Assembly (NCBI GenBank): GCA_963617005.1
Contig: CAVEMY010000001.1
Span: forward strand, 1,655 to 65,654
Reading direction: 5' to 3'
From: Parabacteroides distasonis
GTDB taxonomy: Bacteria > Pseudomonadota > Gammaproteobacteria > Burkholderiales > Burkholderiaceae_F
Length of the DNA stretch: 64,000 bases
Below are positions 37,762 to 47,479 of the stretch, piece by piece. The notes under the pieces were generated by a model. It saw only the letters and a list, made by a program, of their open reading frames with translations. It was not told the origin of the DNA and did no database searches. How positions within the stretch are numbered: the stretch's first letter is position 1; the number at the start of each line of letters is the position of its first letter. A program made the translations under genes and the position numbers.

Positions 37762-39924
37762 ATGTCGCTCGGTTCGATTATTCGAGAAATACCTAAAAAA
37801 ATTGGGAACTTTTTTCTTCGCCTCTTAAAAAGCCCGCTAACGCTTTTTACTCGCCTCAAATCACGTCGCACAAATCAAAATGCGGCTCCAAAAGAACCGA
37901 GCCGCTTTAAAAGTTCTTGCTCGAATTTCTTTTCAAAAACCGGCCGCATTCTTCATCGCGCCGTACGCGTTTTCTGTCTCATTCTCGGCATCGGCATTAT
38001 TGGTTTTGGGCTTTTCGTTGGAGCGCTTTTTTATTTTGTGAACGCCGATTCCGTGAAAGCTTCTTTTGTCGATATCGCCCATAAGTCGCTTGGCGCTAAA
38101 GCGGTCATTTCTGGAAACATTCAAATCGAGCGGCTTCCGAAATTTTCGATTTCGATTCCTCAAATTGAGTTGCTGCGTGAAAGCGACAACTCGCCCATGG
38201 CTCACATTGATGCGATTTACACGGAAGTGAGTCTCTGGAGTTTGCCACTAGGAGCCATTGGCTTACGCAATACCGAGGTAAGTGGCCTTAAAACAGCGTT
38301 TTATCTTGAAGATTGGGTAGGCGACCAAGCCTACGCGGCAAGCGCTGCCAACATCACATTCCCAAGCGACTTACGCATTCGAGAAATTGCCTTTACCAAC
38401 TCGGCTGTTGACCTTTTTCAGGCGCGAGGCCTAGCAAGCCCTGTGGCAAAACTTACGAACGTGGACGCCCGCTTTGGAGAGCTTTCTCCTGAACTCGATA
38501 CCACAGCAAAGGTAAGCCTTAACTTTGGCGAAGGAGAAGACTCAGCTTCTGCCATCAAAGGCTCATTAAGTATCGAAACGGCTCTTGATTTTTCTTCGGC
38601 GAACAAAGCGCTCACATTGCGTGACTTTAAAGGCAGCGGGAGCCTTACAGAATCGAATTCCGAACACATTCTTTTGGCAACAGCGAATCGCTTACGATTA
38701 AAACCCACAGAGGTTACTGGCCTTAACATTCAAGTCGCTTTAAGTGCCCCAGACCGCAGTAAAGGCGAATTCACGATTAGTCTTGCCGATTTCTTGGCTG
38801 ATGCGACACGATTGGCTACTCCCGAAGTGAAGCTTCTTTTCCAAAAAACAACGGAAGCGACAGAAGCGAAATTTGACCTTGCAGCAGGCGCCAATGTCGA
38901 CTTATCCACACAAACAATTCGTCTAGCCGATATCACAGGCTCCTTTAGCTCCAAAGGACTCGAAGGAATCCCCGATGGCTTAACTGCCTCAGTTAAGGGG
39001 GAGGCCTCAGGGAAACTCCCAGACGCATTAACTGATGTCACTTTAGCCGGAAACATCGGCGCCTCTTCCTTTACCTATAACGGCTCTTTGGAGTGGACTC
39101 ACTCGCCCTTATTAAAAGGAAAGCTTTCCATTACGAGTCTGACGTTTGATGCGATTCCAGCACTTGCGGATTTGTCGTGGTTACATTCCTTGGATTTTGA
39201 TGGAGAAGTCCGCATTGGAAAATTGCAAAGCAAAGCACTTGTTGCAGAACAGTTCCAAGCCAACGTCACGCTTTCTCAAGGCGTACTTCAAACCAAAAAT
39301 GCGCTTGCCAATGTCGGTAGCGGCAAAGTGGAAACAGTTGTAAGTCTCAAAGACACAGGAGACTGGGCTAGCGAAAGTCACTTTGATTCGGTTTCTTTTG
39401 AAAGCCTCTTTGCGACAAGCCCCCTTACGGGAAAAACAAGCGGCGACCTAAAGCTCACAGGAAAAGGCAATAATCTTTCTTCTCTCACTGGCACTGGAAA
39501 GCTTCGGATCCTTCGCGGCAACCTTTTAGGAATCGATGCCTCGAAACCGGCAAAGAAAGCGACAGCAGGTGAAAAAGACACCCCGAAAACCGCCTTTGAC
39601 GAGTTAACGAGCGACTTGGCAATCGCTGACGGAATTCTTTCTTTGAAAAACTTTGTGCTGCGTAATGCGGCTAGCCGCATCGATGCCGATATTCGCATTA
39701 ACTTAACAGATGAAGCGATTTCTGGGTCGGCTAACATTTTGCAAACACTCAATGTGGCCTCCCCCAAACGCGACAAAGCACTCTTTTCTGGGGCTTGGTT
39801 TAATCCCGTGTGGACATTTGAGCAAAAGCATGTCGCCCCGAGTCAAGAAGGCGACGCGGAAGAATCGAGTTTTACAAAGAAACTTAAGATCTGGAAGAAC
39901 CTAAAAGACTTCTTTAAGTTCTAA
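37762..39924 (+). CDS. AsmA family protein (outer-membrane biogenesis / lipid-transport-related family)
   Basis: N-terminal TM anchor followed by an AsmA-like N-region (SLGAKAVISGNIQIERLPKFSISIPQIEL) and an AsmA C-terminal motif (LAIADGILSLKNFVL...IDADIRINL). 720 aa. Confidence 0.65.
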   Translation: MSLGSIIREIPKKIGNFFLRLLKSPLTLFTRLKSRRTNQNAAPKEPSRFKSSCSNFFSKTGRILHRAVRVFCLILGIGIIGFGLFVGALFYFVNADSVKASFVDIAHKSLGAKAVISGNIQIERLPKFSISIPQIELLRESDNSPMAHIDAIYTEVSLWSLPLGAIGLRNTEVSGLKTAFYLEDWVGDQAYAASAANITFPSDLRIREIAFTNSAVDLFQARGLASPVAKLTNVDARFGELSPELDTTAKVSLNFGEGEDSASAIKGSLSIETALDFSSANKALTLRDFKGSGSLTESNSEHILLATANRLRLKPTEVTGLNIQVALSAPDRSKGEFTISLADFLADATRLATPEVKLLFQKTTEATEAKFDLAAGANVDLSTQTIRLADITGSFSSKGLEGIPDGLTASVKGEASGKLPDALTDVTLAGNIGASSFTYNGSLEWTHSPLLKGKLSITSLTFDAIPALADLSWLHSLDFDGEVRIGKLQSKALVAEQFQANVTLSQGVLQTKNALANVGSGKVETVVSLKDTGDWASESHFDSVSFESLFATSPLTGKTSGDLKLTGKGNNLSSLTGTGKLRILRGNLLGIDASKPAKKATAGEKDTPKTAFDELTSDLAIADGILSLKNFVLRNAASRIDADIRINLTDEAISGSANILQTLNVASPKRDKALFSGAWFNPVWTFEQKHVAPSQEGDAEESSFTKKLKIWKNLKDFFKF

Positions 39925-40274
39925 CGCTTGGGATCGATTTCTTCGACAATCACAGCGTCTTCGACTTCTGTGACGCGTTTAACGCCAACACGCGTTTGAT
40001 TGGCACGCTTTTCTTTGGCGGGTTCTTTAACGGGGTCTTCACGCCTCTGTTCTCCCGTCATGCGGGCAGCGAGCTCTTCTTGCATGCGTTTAATGGGGTC
40101 TCCATGGCGCCAACGCCAGTAGAGGCCATACAAAGCGGCACAAAGAATAAAAAGAAGAAACGCTAAAAACAAACCGCCGATTACCGGAAGCAAAAGAACG
40201 CCTAAGAGCACGCAAAGTGCGATAACAAGAATCGTTGCAAAGGGGCTTACCCCACGGCCATTGATATAAATCAT
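39921..40274 (-). CDS. Hypothetical small membrane protein
   Basis: Two hydrophobic helices followed by a charged tail. No recognised family. Convergent with asmA, overlapping it by 4 nt. Confidence 0.4.
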   Translation of the reverse strand: MIYINGRGVSPFATILVIALCVLLGVLLLPVIGGLFLAFLLFILCAALYGLYWRWRHGDPIKRMQEELAARMTGEQRREDPVKEPAKEKRANQTRVGVKRVTEVEDAVIVEEIDPKR

Positions 40275-40362
40275 TTAAGGAGTGCCTTAAGAAAAGAGCC
40301 ATAGTTTTGTGCGATTGTAGCGATGAACAAACGCGCGATGTGTAAGCAATCTTTAAAGTTTT

Positions 40363-41196
40363 ATGGGAAAATTGCGCCCCATCATGTCAGAAATTTTAAA
40401 AAACACAATGCCTTCTTCTTTACCCGATGTCCAAAGTCTTGAGGACACTCGCCATATTTGTATTGACCGCGTCGGTATCAAGGGACTAACTTACCCGATG
40501 ATGATTGCTGGAAAAGACGCCACGCAACCGACTGTTGCCAAGGTCAGCATGTACGTTTCCTTAAGTCCCGAGCATCGCGGAACACATATGTCTCGCTATG
40601 TGGCGCTTTTATCGGAAAATAAAGAGCCATTAAGCGCCAAAATGATCGAGCACCTTTTAGGGAACATGCTCACGCTCCTTGGCTCGGAAAGTGGCTACAT
40701 CGAAATAAGTTGCCCCTTCTTTGTTCATAAAAAGAGCCCTGTTTCCGGGCTTGTCTCTCTGATGGACTACGAGGTACGGTTCAAAGCCGAAAGTCTCAAG
40801 GGAAAGGTGAGCATCGTTCAAGAAATCACCGCTCCCGTAACAAGCCTTTGCCCGTGCAGTAAAGAGATCAGTGACTTTGGCGCTCACAACCAACGCTCTC
40901 GCATCACAATCGGTGTTGAGTGTGATGGAACGCTTTCTTTGGAAGAACAGATTCGCATTGCTGAAACGAGCGCGTCTTGCGAACTGTGGAGTCGCTTAAA
41001 GCGTAGCGATGAGAAGTTCGTCACAGAATTTGCCTACGAGCACCCGAAGTTTGTCGAAGATACGATTCGTGATGTCGCAAGAAAGCTCGACGCGGATAGC
41101 CGCGTTTTTGCCTACCGCGTCGAAGTGGAAAACTTTGAGTCCATCCACAATCACTCGGCCTGTGCGATGTTAAAGCGCGATAAGCGAGTAAGTTAA
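40363..41196 (+). CDS. folE2: GTP cyclohydrolase IB (FolE2 type)
   Basis: LPDVQS..D.R...IDRVGIKGL.YP, HRGTHMSR, SLCPCSKEIS..GAHNQRS motifs. The start could instead be the internal MSEIL (40384). Confidence 0.8.
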   Translation: MGKLRPIMSEILKNTMPSSLPDVQSLEDTRHICIDRVGIKGLTYPMMIAGKDATQPTVAKVSMYVSLSPEHRGTHMSRYVALLSENKEPLSAKMIEHLLGNMLTLLGSESGYIEISCPFFVHKKSPVSGLVSLMDYEVRFKAESLKGKVSIVQEITAPVTSLCPCSKEISDFGAHNQRSRITIGVECDGTLSLEEQIRIAETSASCELWSRLKRSDEKFVTEFAYEHPKFVEDTIRDVARKLDADSRVFAYRVEVENFESIHNHSACAMLKRDKRVS

Positions 41197-41222
41197 ATCG
41201 CCAATGGTGCTTAACGATAAGT

Positions 41223-41257
41223 GAACCGACGCGAAAAAACCGTCGGTTCTTTCATTT
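41223..41257 (+). terminator. Intrinsic terminator after folE2
   Basis: Perfect 9-bp stem GAACCGACG/CGTCGGTTC followed by TTTCATTT. Confidence 0.55.
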
Positions 41258-41367
41258 CTTAAAGAAAAATCGCCTCTAAGCAACAGCTTGCAACAGATTC
41301 TCGCAAGGTTCTTTGCTAGAGTTACGGATTGCAGATTTTTTGAATTGGTTTCAGTGGCTTAGTCAAA

Positions 41368-43089
41368 ATGGAAAATGAAAAATTGCTTGAGCTAGTCTCG
41401 CGAGCTCTTAAAAAAATCGGAGTAACAGATATTGTTCCCCGTATTGAAAAACCCAAAGATCTTTCTCACGGAGATCTTGCTTGCACCGTCGCGATGCAAT
41501 GCGCTCGCGCCCTAAAGAAAAATCCACGCGAAATTGCTCAAGCACTCGTTACCGCCATCAAAGACGATTCCGAATACAGTTCTGTCATTGAAACAATCGA
41601 AATCGCAGGTCCTGGCTTTATTAACTTTCGCTTAAATACCGCTTCGAAGTTTTCCGTCATTTCTGACGTTTTAAAGAAGAAAGAAGCCTTTGGTTCGAGC
41701 ACGGAATTTACGGGGAAAAGCGTTCTTCTTGAGTACGTTTCTGCTAACCCCACGGGGCCTCTACATTTAGGCCACGCCCGTCAAGGCGCCTTAGGAGATG
41801 TCCTTTCGCGGATTATGGCAACTCAAGGCTACAAGGTAACGCGCGAGTTCTACTACAACGACGCAGGTGTTCAGATTGACAATTTGACGCTTTCTGTTCA
41901 AGCCCGGGCCCGTGAGTTAAAGGGATTAGCTAAACCCGAGGACTTCCCAGAAAATGGTTATCACGGCGATTACATCACAGATATCGCCAAGGACTATTTA
42001 AATGGCACCTCAATCGTCGCTCCCGATGGAAAAACCATCGAAAGCACAGGTGACATTGACGACAAAGAAACCGTGCGCCGTTACGCTGTTGCCTACCTAA
42101 GAAACGAACAAGACACGGACCTGAAAGCCTTGGGTGTTGGTTTCGATAACTTTTATCTCGAAAGCTCTTTGTATTCCGATGGCAGAGTGAATCGCGCTGT
42201 TTCTGCCATGATTGATTCGGGATACACCTATGAAGCCGATGGCGCCTTGTGGCTTAAAACAACAGATCCGAAATTTGCCGATTTTCATGACGATAAAGAT
42301 CGCGTGATGCGTAAAAAAGATGGGCACTACACCTACTTTGTTCCTGATGTAGCCTATCACCTCTCCAAATTCGAACGCGGCTTTACGCGAGCGATTAACA
42401 TTCAGGGCTCAGATCACCACGGCACAACGGCGCGCGTGAAGATTGGTCTACAAGTTGCAGGACCTGCCTTTGGCATGTCGATTCCGAAGACTTTCCCTGA
42501 GTACGTGCTTCACAAGATGCTTCTTGTCGTCAAAGACGGACAAGAAGTGAAGATGAGTAAGCGCTCGGGCACCTACGTGACCTTGCGCGATATCGTGGAC
42601 TGGGTCGGGCGCGATGCAGCGCGATTCTTCCTTGTTTCTCGTAAGTCAGACGCGGAGTTTGTCTTTGATGTGAATCTTGCGTTAAGTAAGAGCGACGAAA
42701 ACCCCGTCTACTACTTACAGTATGCGCATGCGAGAATTTGCTCGGTGTTTGCGCAAGCCAAAGAAAAGGGTTTTGCGATTCCCTCTTTTGAAGAGGCCGC
42801 GAAAGCAAACTTTGCGTTACTCGATAGCGCCGCAGCCGGCGCCCTTTCTCAACGCATTGCGGAATACCCGAGAATTCTTTCGATTGCCGCTCGAGACTTG
42901 GCGCCGCATCTCCTTTGCGTGTACTTAAAAGAGTTGGCTTCAGACTTTCACGCCTTCTATAACGCAGATCGCGTGTTAGTTGACGATAAAGAATTGCGTA
43001 ACGCACGCCTAGCTCTTTTGATGGCTAGCCGCCAAGTTTTAGCCAATGGCTTGGCCACCCTTGGAATTGATGCCCCAGAACATATGTAA
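41368..43089 (+). CDS. argS: Arginine-tRNA ligase
   Basis: [14 protein letters not shown] (HIGH region), the MSKRSG (KMSKS) motif, and a C-terminal anticodon-binding DALR domain. Confidence 0.95.
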   Translation: MENEKLLELVSRALKKIGVTDIVPRIEKPKDLSHGDLACTVAMQCARALKKNPREIAQALVTAIKDDSEYSSVIETIEIAGPGFINFRLNTASKFSVISDVLKKKEAFGSSTEFTGKSVLLEYVSANPTGPLHLGHARQGALGDVLSRIMATQGYKVTREFYYNDAGVQIDNLTLSVQARARELKGLAKPEDFPENGYHGDYITDIAKDYLNGTSIVAPDGKTIESTGDIDDKETVRRYAVAYLRNEQDTDLKALGVGFDNFYLESSLYSDGRVNRAVSAMIDSGYTYEADGALWLKTTDPKFADFHDDKDRVMRKKDGHYTYFVPDVAYHLSKFERGFTRAINIQGSDHHGTTARVKIGLQVAGPAFGMSIPKTFPEYVLHKMLLVVKDGQEVKMSKRSGTYVTLRDIVDWVGRDAARFFLVSRKSDAEFVFDVNLALSKSDENPVYYLQYAHARICSVFAQAKEKGFAIPSFEEAAKANFALLDSAAAGALSQRIAEYPRILSIAARDLAPHLLCVYLKELASDFHAFYNADRVLVDDKELRNARLALLMASRQVLANGLATLGIDAPEHM

Positions 43090-43106
43090 AACCAGCGAGG
43101 ACACAC

Positions 43107-43625
43107 ATGTCACAGAGAAGTGAAGGTTATGGTTTTAAAGCTCTTTTTTGGTCCTTTACCCTAGGAGCCGTTTTTGCGTTTGCCGTGTCCGCAGGTCTTG
43201 CCCTTTGGATTACCAAAGCGCCGATTCCTTTTGTCGCGAAAGTGCAACCGTCTTCTCGCTTAGTCGATATCACGCTCGATGGGAAACAAGACCCCAATAA
43301 GAACCTTTACGCTGAAGGCCAGGGCGTTGAGCAAACTACAGCCACCGTGAAAACTGTGACAGCGGGCACGGAAGAAGAAAGCGCCCTTCCCACGAAGTTC
43401 TGGGTTCAGGCAGGCGCCTTTAGTCAGAACGCTGATGCGGAAAGCATGCGTGCGCGCATTGCCTTTATTGGCCTGGATGCCCAAATTGTTTATCGCAATG
43501 AAAAAGGTCAGCGCCTGTATCGCGTCCGTATTGGGCCCTTTGATTCCGAAGAACAAGCTAACGAAATTAATCAGTCCCTTGCCGACAATTCGATTAAGGG
43601 AACCATTCTTCGCTTAAGAGATTAA
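43107..43625 (+). CDS. SPOR domain-containing membrane protein (septal peptidoglycan binding)
   Basis: N-terminal TM plus a C-terminal SPOR domain (FWVQAGAFSQNADAESMRARI...YRVRIGPFDSEEQANEI). Confidence 0.75.
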   Translation: MSQRSEGYGFKALFWSFTLGAVFAFAVSAGLALWITKAPIPFVAKVQPSSRLVDITLDGKQDPNKNLYAEGQGVEQTTATVKTVTAGTEEESALPTKFWVQAGAFSQNADAESMRARIAFIGLDAQIVYRNEKGQRLYRVRIGPFDSEEQANEINQSLADNSIKGTILRLRD

Positions 43626-43631
43626 TAAAAG

Positions 43632-44297
43632 ATGATTTCTCGTCGTACTTTATTGGCATGCACTGCTAGCCTTGGTGCCTTTGGGGTAGCGCCTCTTTGC
43701 GCTAAAGAAAAAGCCTCGGGTTTTGTTCTTGGAAAAGACTATCTTGCTGTTGACCCCGTCGTTCAATATCCCGCGCGCCCGATTATTATTCACGACTTTT
43801 TTGCCTACACCTGTTCGCACTGCTTTCGCCTTGCTCCTTTGATGAATGAGTTCGTCAAATCCGTCGAAGGCGACAGAGCCGTAAAGGTCATCCCCGTCCC
43901 CGTTTCTTGGGAAGCAAGCTACGACTTCTTTCCGACAGTCTATTTTGCTTTTGAGGCTCTCGGGCGCTTGGGTGACCTACACATGGCCTATTGGGAATGG
44001 GTCATGCAGCCCGAGCACCCTTGGGAAAAAGTTGAGGATGTGAAACCAGATACGGAGGCCTGGGTCAAAGAGCACGGCATTAATCTAGAGAAATGGCATT
44101 CTCTTTTAAATAGTTTTGCCATTCGCAATAAAGTGCGGCAAGCGACAGAGGTCTGGCAAAAGTACAATATTGACTCCACACCGATGATTGGTGTTGCGGG
44201 GCGTTTCCTTACCGCTCCCCACTTAACAGGATCTCGCCCGAAGGCAATCGAAGCAACCCGCTGGCTTATTGATCAGATTAAATCGGGCAAACTTTAG
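43632..44297 (+). CDS. dsbA: Thiol:disulfide interchange protein DsbA family
   Basis: Signal peptide and CSHC active site in a thioredoxin-fold context (FFAYTCSHCFRL). Sits in argS-SPOR-dsbA synteny. Confidence 0.75.
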   Translation: MISRRTLLACTASLGAFGVAPLCAKEKASGFVLGKDYLAVDPVVQYPARPIIIHDFFAYTCSHCFRLAPLMNEFVKSVEGDRAVKVIPVPVSWEASYDFFPTVYFAFEALGRLGDLHMAYWEWVMQPEHPWEKVEDVKPDTEAWVKEHGINLEKWHSLLNSFAIRNKVRQATEVWQKYNIDSTPMIGVAGRFLTAPHLTGSRPKAIEATRWLIDQIKSGKL

Positions 44298-44309
44298 GAG
44301 GGCTTTCCT

Positions 44310-45083
44310 ATGCGCGTCTTCATCACAGGTGCCTCAAGTGGAATCGGCGCAGCGCTTGCTCGTGCGTACGCCAAACGTGGTGCAACGTTAGGTCTTCTTG
44401 CAAGAAACCCCGATAAGTTAAACGACTTTGCCAAAACCCTTCCAAATTCAGAAGCTCACGCGCTTTACGCAGCCGATGTCACAGATCGAGATGCCGTGAT
44501 TGCTGCGGCCACGGATTTCGATAGCAAGGGTGCTACCGATTTAGTCATTGCCTGCGCAGGGATTTCTATTGGCGTCAAAACCGAATACCGCGAAGATTTA
44601 GAGGTTTTAGAGCGCATTTACCGCACCAACGTTTTTGCGATGGCAAGTACCTTTCACGGCTTTATCGCTCCGATGAAAGCGCGTGGCTACGGGCACTTTG
44701 TCGGTATTGGATCGGTTGCTGGCATTCGAGGGCTCCCTGGTAGCGAAGCGTATTGCTCGAGTAAAGCCGCTGTTATTTCTTACCTTGAAAGCCTACGAAA
44801 TGATTTGCGTCCCTACGGGATTCGCGTCACAACGCTTTCCCCGGGGTTTGTGAAAACGCCTTTAACAGCGAAAAACCCCTATAAGATGCCCTTTTTGCTT
44901 GAACCCGATGAGTTTGCTCGTATTGCGGTGAAAGCAATTGACGCCAAGCTCTCTTATAAGACCATTCCTTGGCAAATGGGAGTTTTAGCGAAATTAATGC
45001 GGATTCTCCCGAATTGCGTATTTGATGCGTGCGTTGCGCACCGTAAACAAAAGCCGCGCGACAAAGAATTGCATCCGAACTAG
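44310..45083 (+). CDS. Short-chain dehydrogenase/reductase (SDR) family oxidoreductase
   Basis: ITGASSGIG cofactor motif, and catalytic YCSSKAA (YxxxK). Confidence 0.8.
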   Translation: MRVFITGASSGIGAALARAYAKRGATLGLLARNPDKLNDFAKTLPNSEAHALYAADVTDRDAVIAAATDFDSKGATDLVIACAGISIGVKTEYREDLEVLERIYRTNVFAMASTFHGFIAPMKARGYGHFVGIGSVAGIRGLPGSEAYCSSKAAVISYLESLRNDLRPYGIRVTTLSPGFVKTPLTAKNPYKMPFLLEPDEFARIAVKAIDAKLSYKTIPWQMGVLAKLMRILPNCVFDACVAHRKQKPRDKELHPN

Positions 45084-45126
45084 AGCGCTTAGTTCTCAGT
45101 CGTTTACTTTTTCCACACCTAAAGGT

Positions 45127-45160
45127 AATCGAGCAGAGGTTTCAGTTCCCCTGCTCGATT
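45127..45160. terminator. Hairpin between the convergent SDR and ansB genes (possible bidirectional terminator)
   Basis: Perfect 10-bp stem AATCGAGCAG/CTGCTCGATT. The flanking T tracts are weak. Confidence 0.45.
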
Positions 45161-45201
45161 GCGCTTTTACTTCACTTGAGTACTACTCGTTTTAGAACCG
45201 A

Positions 45202-46248
45202 TTAGAACGTATCGAAGTACTCTTGCAACTTCTTGACATCGTGAGTCTTTGTCAAACCCAACATCAAGAGGATGCGAGCCTTCTGCGGATTTAATGTGCC
45301 AGAAGAAAGGAATCCGTACTTGGCATCATCGACTTCAGCGTCCTTGGTTGTGGCGCCCGTTGGAACGCGAGAGCTACGAACAACGGCGATACCGTTCTTC
45401 GCGGCTTTTTCAAGCACTGGGAAGACGTTCTTATGGATGTTACCGTTGCCGACGCCGGCGTTGACGATACCGTCGTACTTCGCTTTCACTAAGGCTTCAG
45501 CCTGAACAGCTTCCACACCACCGTGCGTGTAAACGATGCCAACCTTCGGAAGCTTCGTGAGTTTTGTCACGTCAAACGGGGTCTCATAGGTGTGCTTGCG
45601 AAGCGATTTGCTCTCGTAGGTGACCTTGTTGTTGAAGATTGTGCCGACTTTGCCGTAGTTGCCAGCGATAAAGGTCTCAGGCTGGACGGTGTTGCTCTTT
45701 AAGATATCGCGCGCTCCGATGACGATGTTATTCATCGCAACGACAACACCCTGTTCGGCTGTCTTCTTTTCGGTGGCAGTTAACACGGCGTTATAAAGAT
45801 TACGCGGGCCGTCTGCGCCAAGACCTGTGGAAGGAAGCATGGCACCAACGAGCACCACAGGCTTCTTGCAGCGAAGTGTCAAATTCAAGAAGTACGCTGT
45901 TTCTTCCATCGTGTCGGTGCCGTGCGTGATCACGAAGCCGTCGTACTTGCTGCAATCTTCGTTAATGACCTTATTGAGCTTAAGCCAGACGTCGTCTGTC
46001 ATATCCTGAGAGCCAATCTGAACGACCTGCTTGGGGGTAATTTCAGCGATGTCAGCCAATTGCGGAACGGCCGCGACGAGATGGTTAACGGAAACCTTAC
46101 CGGCCTGATAGGAAGAACCCGTTGCCGAGTTGCCCGAACCTGCGATTGTGCCACCCGTGGCTAACACTTCAATCTTCGGTAATGTTGCCGCGGCAACCGC
46201 TGTGCATGCGCCAAGAATTGCAAGCGCTGTTAATGTCTTTTTGAACAT
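45202..46248 (-). CDS. ansB: Periplasmic L-asparaginase, type II
   Basis: Signal peptide, then LPKIEVLATGGTIAG (catalytic Thr motif) and HGTDTMEETA. Confidence 0.9.
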   Translation of the reverse strand: MFKKTLTALAILGACTAVAAATLPKIEVLATGGTIAGSGNSATGSSYQAGKVSVNHLVAAVPQLADIAEITPKQVVQIGSQDMTDDVWLKLNKVINEDCSKYDGFVITHGTDTMEETAYFLNLTLRCKKPVVLVGAMLPSTGLGADGPRNLYNAVLTATEKKTAEQGVVVAMNNIVIGARDILKSNTVQPETFIAGNYGKVGTIFNNKVTYESKSLRKHTYETPFDVTKLTKLPKVGIVYTHGGVEAVQAEALVKAKYDGIVNAGVGNGNIHKNVFPVLEKAAKNGIAVVRSSRVPTGATTKDAEVDDAKYGFLSSGTLNPQKARILLMLGLTKTHDVKKLQEYFDTF

Positions 46249-46426
46249 TGTTTTGCTTCTCCATATTTGGGTTTACTGCAAACCCTTTTTGATTAAATCC
46301 CTTCCTTTCCCTTTACCAAGAAAACTTTCCAAGATATCTCGCTAACAAGTTGATTTTTCTAGAAAATTCCCTTAGAAAGGTAGCTATTTTTTATCCTTAC
46401 CCCGTAAGATAAAAGGACTAGCTTTT

Positions 46427-46440
46427 TTAATTATCATCAA
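46427..46440. promoter_or_regulatory. Near-consensus FNR/CRP-type box TTAAT-tatc-ATCAA upstream of ansB
   Basis: One mismatch to TTGAT-N4-ATCAA, about 180 bp upstream of the ansB start in the 318-bp AT-rich ansB/rsmI spacer. Confidence 0.25.
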
Positions 46441-46566
46441 AAAAACTAAGATGTGCAATTAAAAGATGTAACGGATCTTTTCTGCCGAAAAATGGGTCAA
46501 AACTAGCCCTCCCGAGAGCCCTTAAGGCCCCTTAGGAAAGCAAAAAATGGGAAGGCAAAAGAAGCT

Positions 46567-47478
46567 TTAGTTTTCTTCTTTTACGAGTGCTTTATAGATA
46601 GCCTCACGCTTAGCACCCGAAGCTTTTGCGGCAATCGCCGCGGCCCGACTTGCGGGCAGTTCAGAAGCAATAAGTCTTGCCCAGCGAAGTGTTTCTTCGT
46701 CGACTGTATCGCTTTCTGCCTTCTTACTTTCACACTCATCGACAAGAACCACGTATTCGCCCTTGGGTTCGTGGGACTTGGCCCAAGTGGTGAGATCTTG
46801 CGAACTCATTTCGGTGAATTCTTCAAAGCGCTTTGTCACCTCGCGAGCAATGACAACGCGTCGGTTTTCTTCAAGGCTTTCTGCTAAAAGAGCGGCCAAG
46901 TCACGGATTCTGTGAGGCGCCTCATAAAGGACAAAAGCTTCCTTTCTTTCTGAAAGGCGTCGAACGGCGTCTTTTCTTAGCTTTCCTGTCGGCTCAACAA
47001 AACCCGCAAACGTAAAGCGATACGCCTTAAGACCTGCGGCGCTCATCGCGCTAACGACAGCAGAGGCCCCAGGAACCGGAACAACGCGAAAGCCCGCTTT
47101 TCTTACAGCCTCAACAACTCTTGCGCCTGGGTCACTAACTGCAGGAGTTCCGGCATCGGTCACAAGAGCGATGCGCTCTCCGGCTTTGAGCCTTTCAATG
47201 AGTTTTACAGCCGCTGAGCATTCATTGTGTTCGTGAACTGCGACACAGGGCGTAGAAATTGCATAGCGGTCAAGCAATTTTCTTGTTTCTCGGGTATCCT
47301 CACAGGCAATCGTATCGCAGACTGCGAGCACCCAAAGGGCTCGTAGCGTGATGTCTGCGGCGTTGCCAATCGGAAGGCCTACAATGTAGAGCGTTGCGCT
47401 CGGAAAAGTCTGCTCGCCAAGCAATGCCGCTTGCATGAGTGGATTATCGTCAAAATTACCCGTTTTTTCGGATTGCAT
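46567..47478 (-). CDS. rsmI: 16S rRNA (cytidine1402-2'-O)-methyltransferase
   Basis: LYIVGLPIGN..DITLRAL, ACEDTR, and the tetrapyrrole-methylase-like fold motif SDAGTP. Confidence 0.9.
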   Translation of the reverse strand: MQSEKTGNFDDNPLMQAALLGEQTFPSATLYIVGLPIGNAADITLRALWVLAVCDTIACEDTRETRKLLDRYAISTPCVAVHEHNECSAAVKLIERLKAGERIALVTDAGTPAVSDPGARVVEAVRKAGFRVVPVPGASAVVSAMSAAGLKAYRFTFAGFVEPTGKLRKDAVRRLSERKEAFVLYEAPHRIRDLAALLAESLEENRRVVIAREVTKRFEEFTEMSSQDLTTWAKSHEPKGEYVVLVDECESKKAESDTVDEETLRWARLIASELPASRAAAIAAKASGAKREAIYKALVKEEN

Positions 47479-47479
47479 T

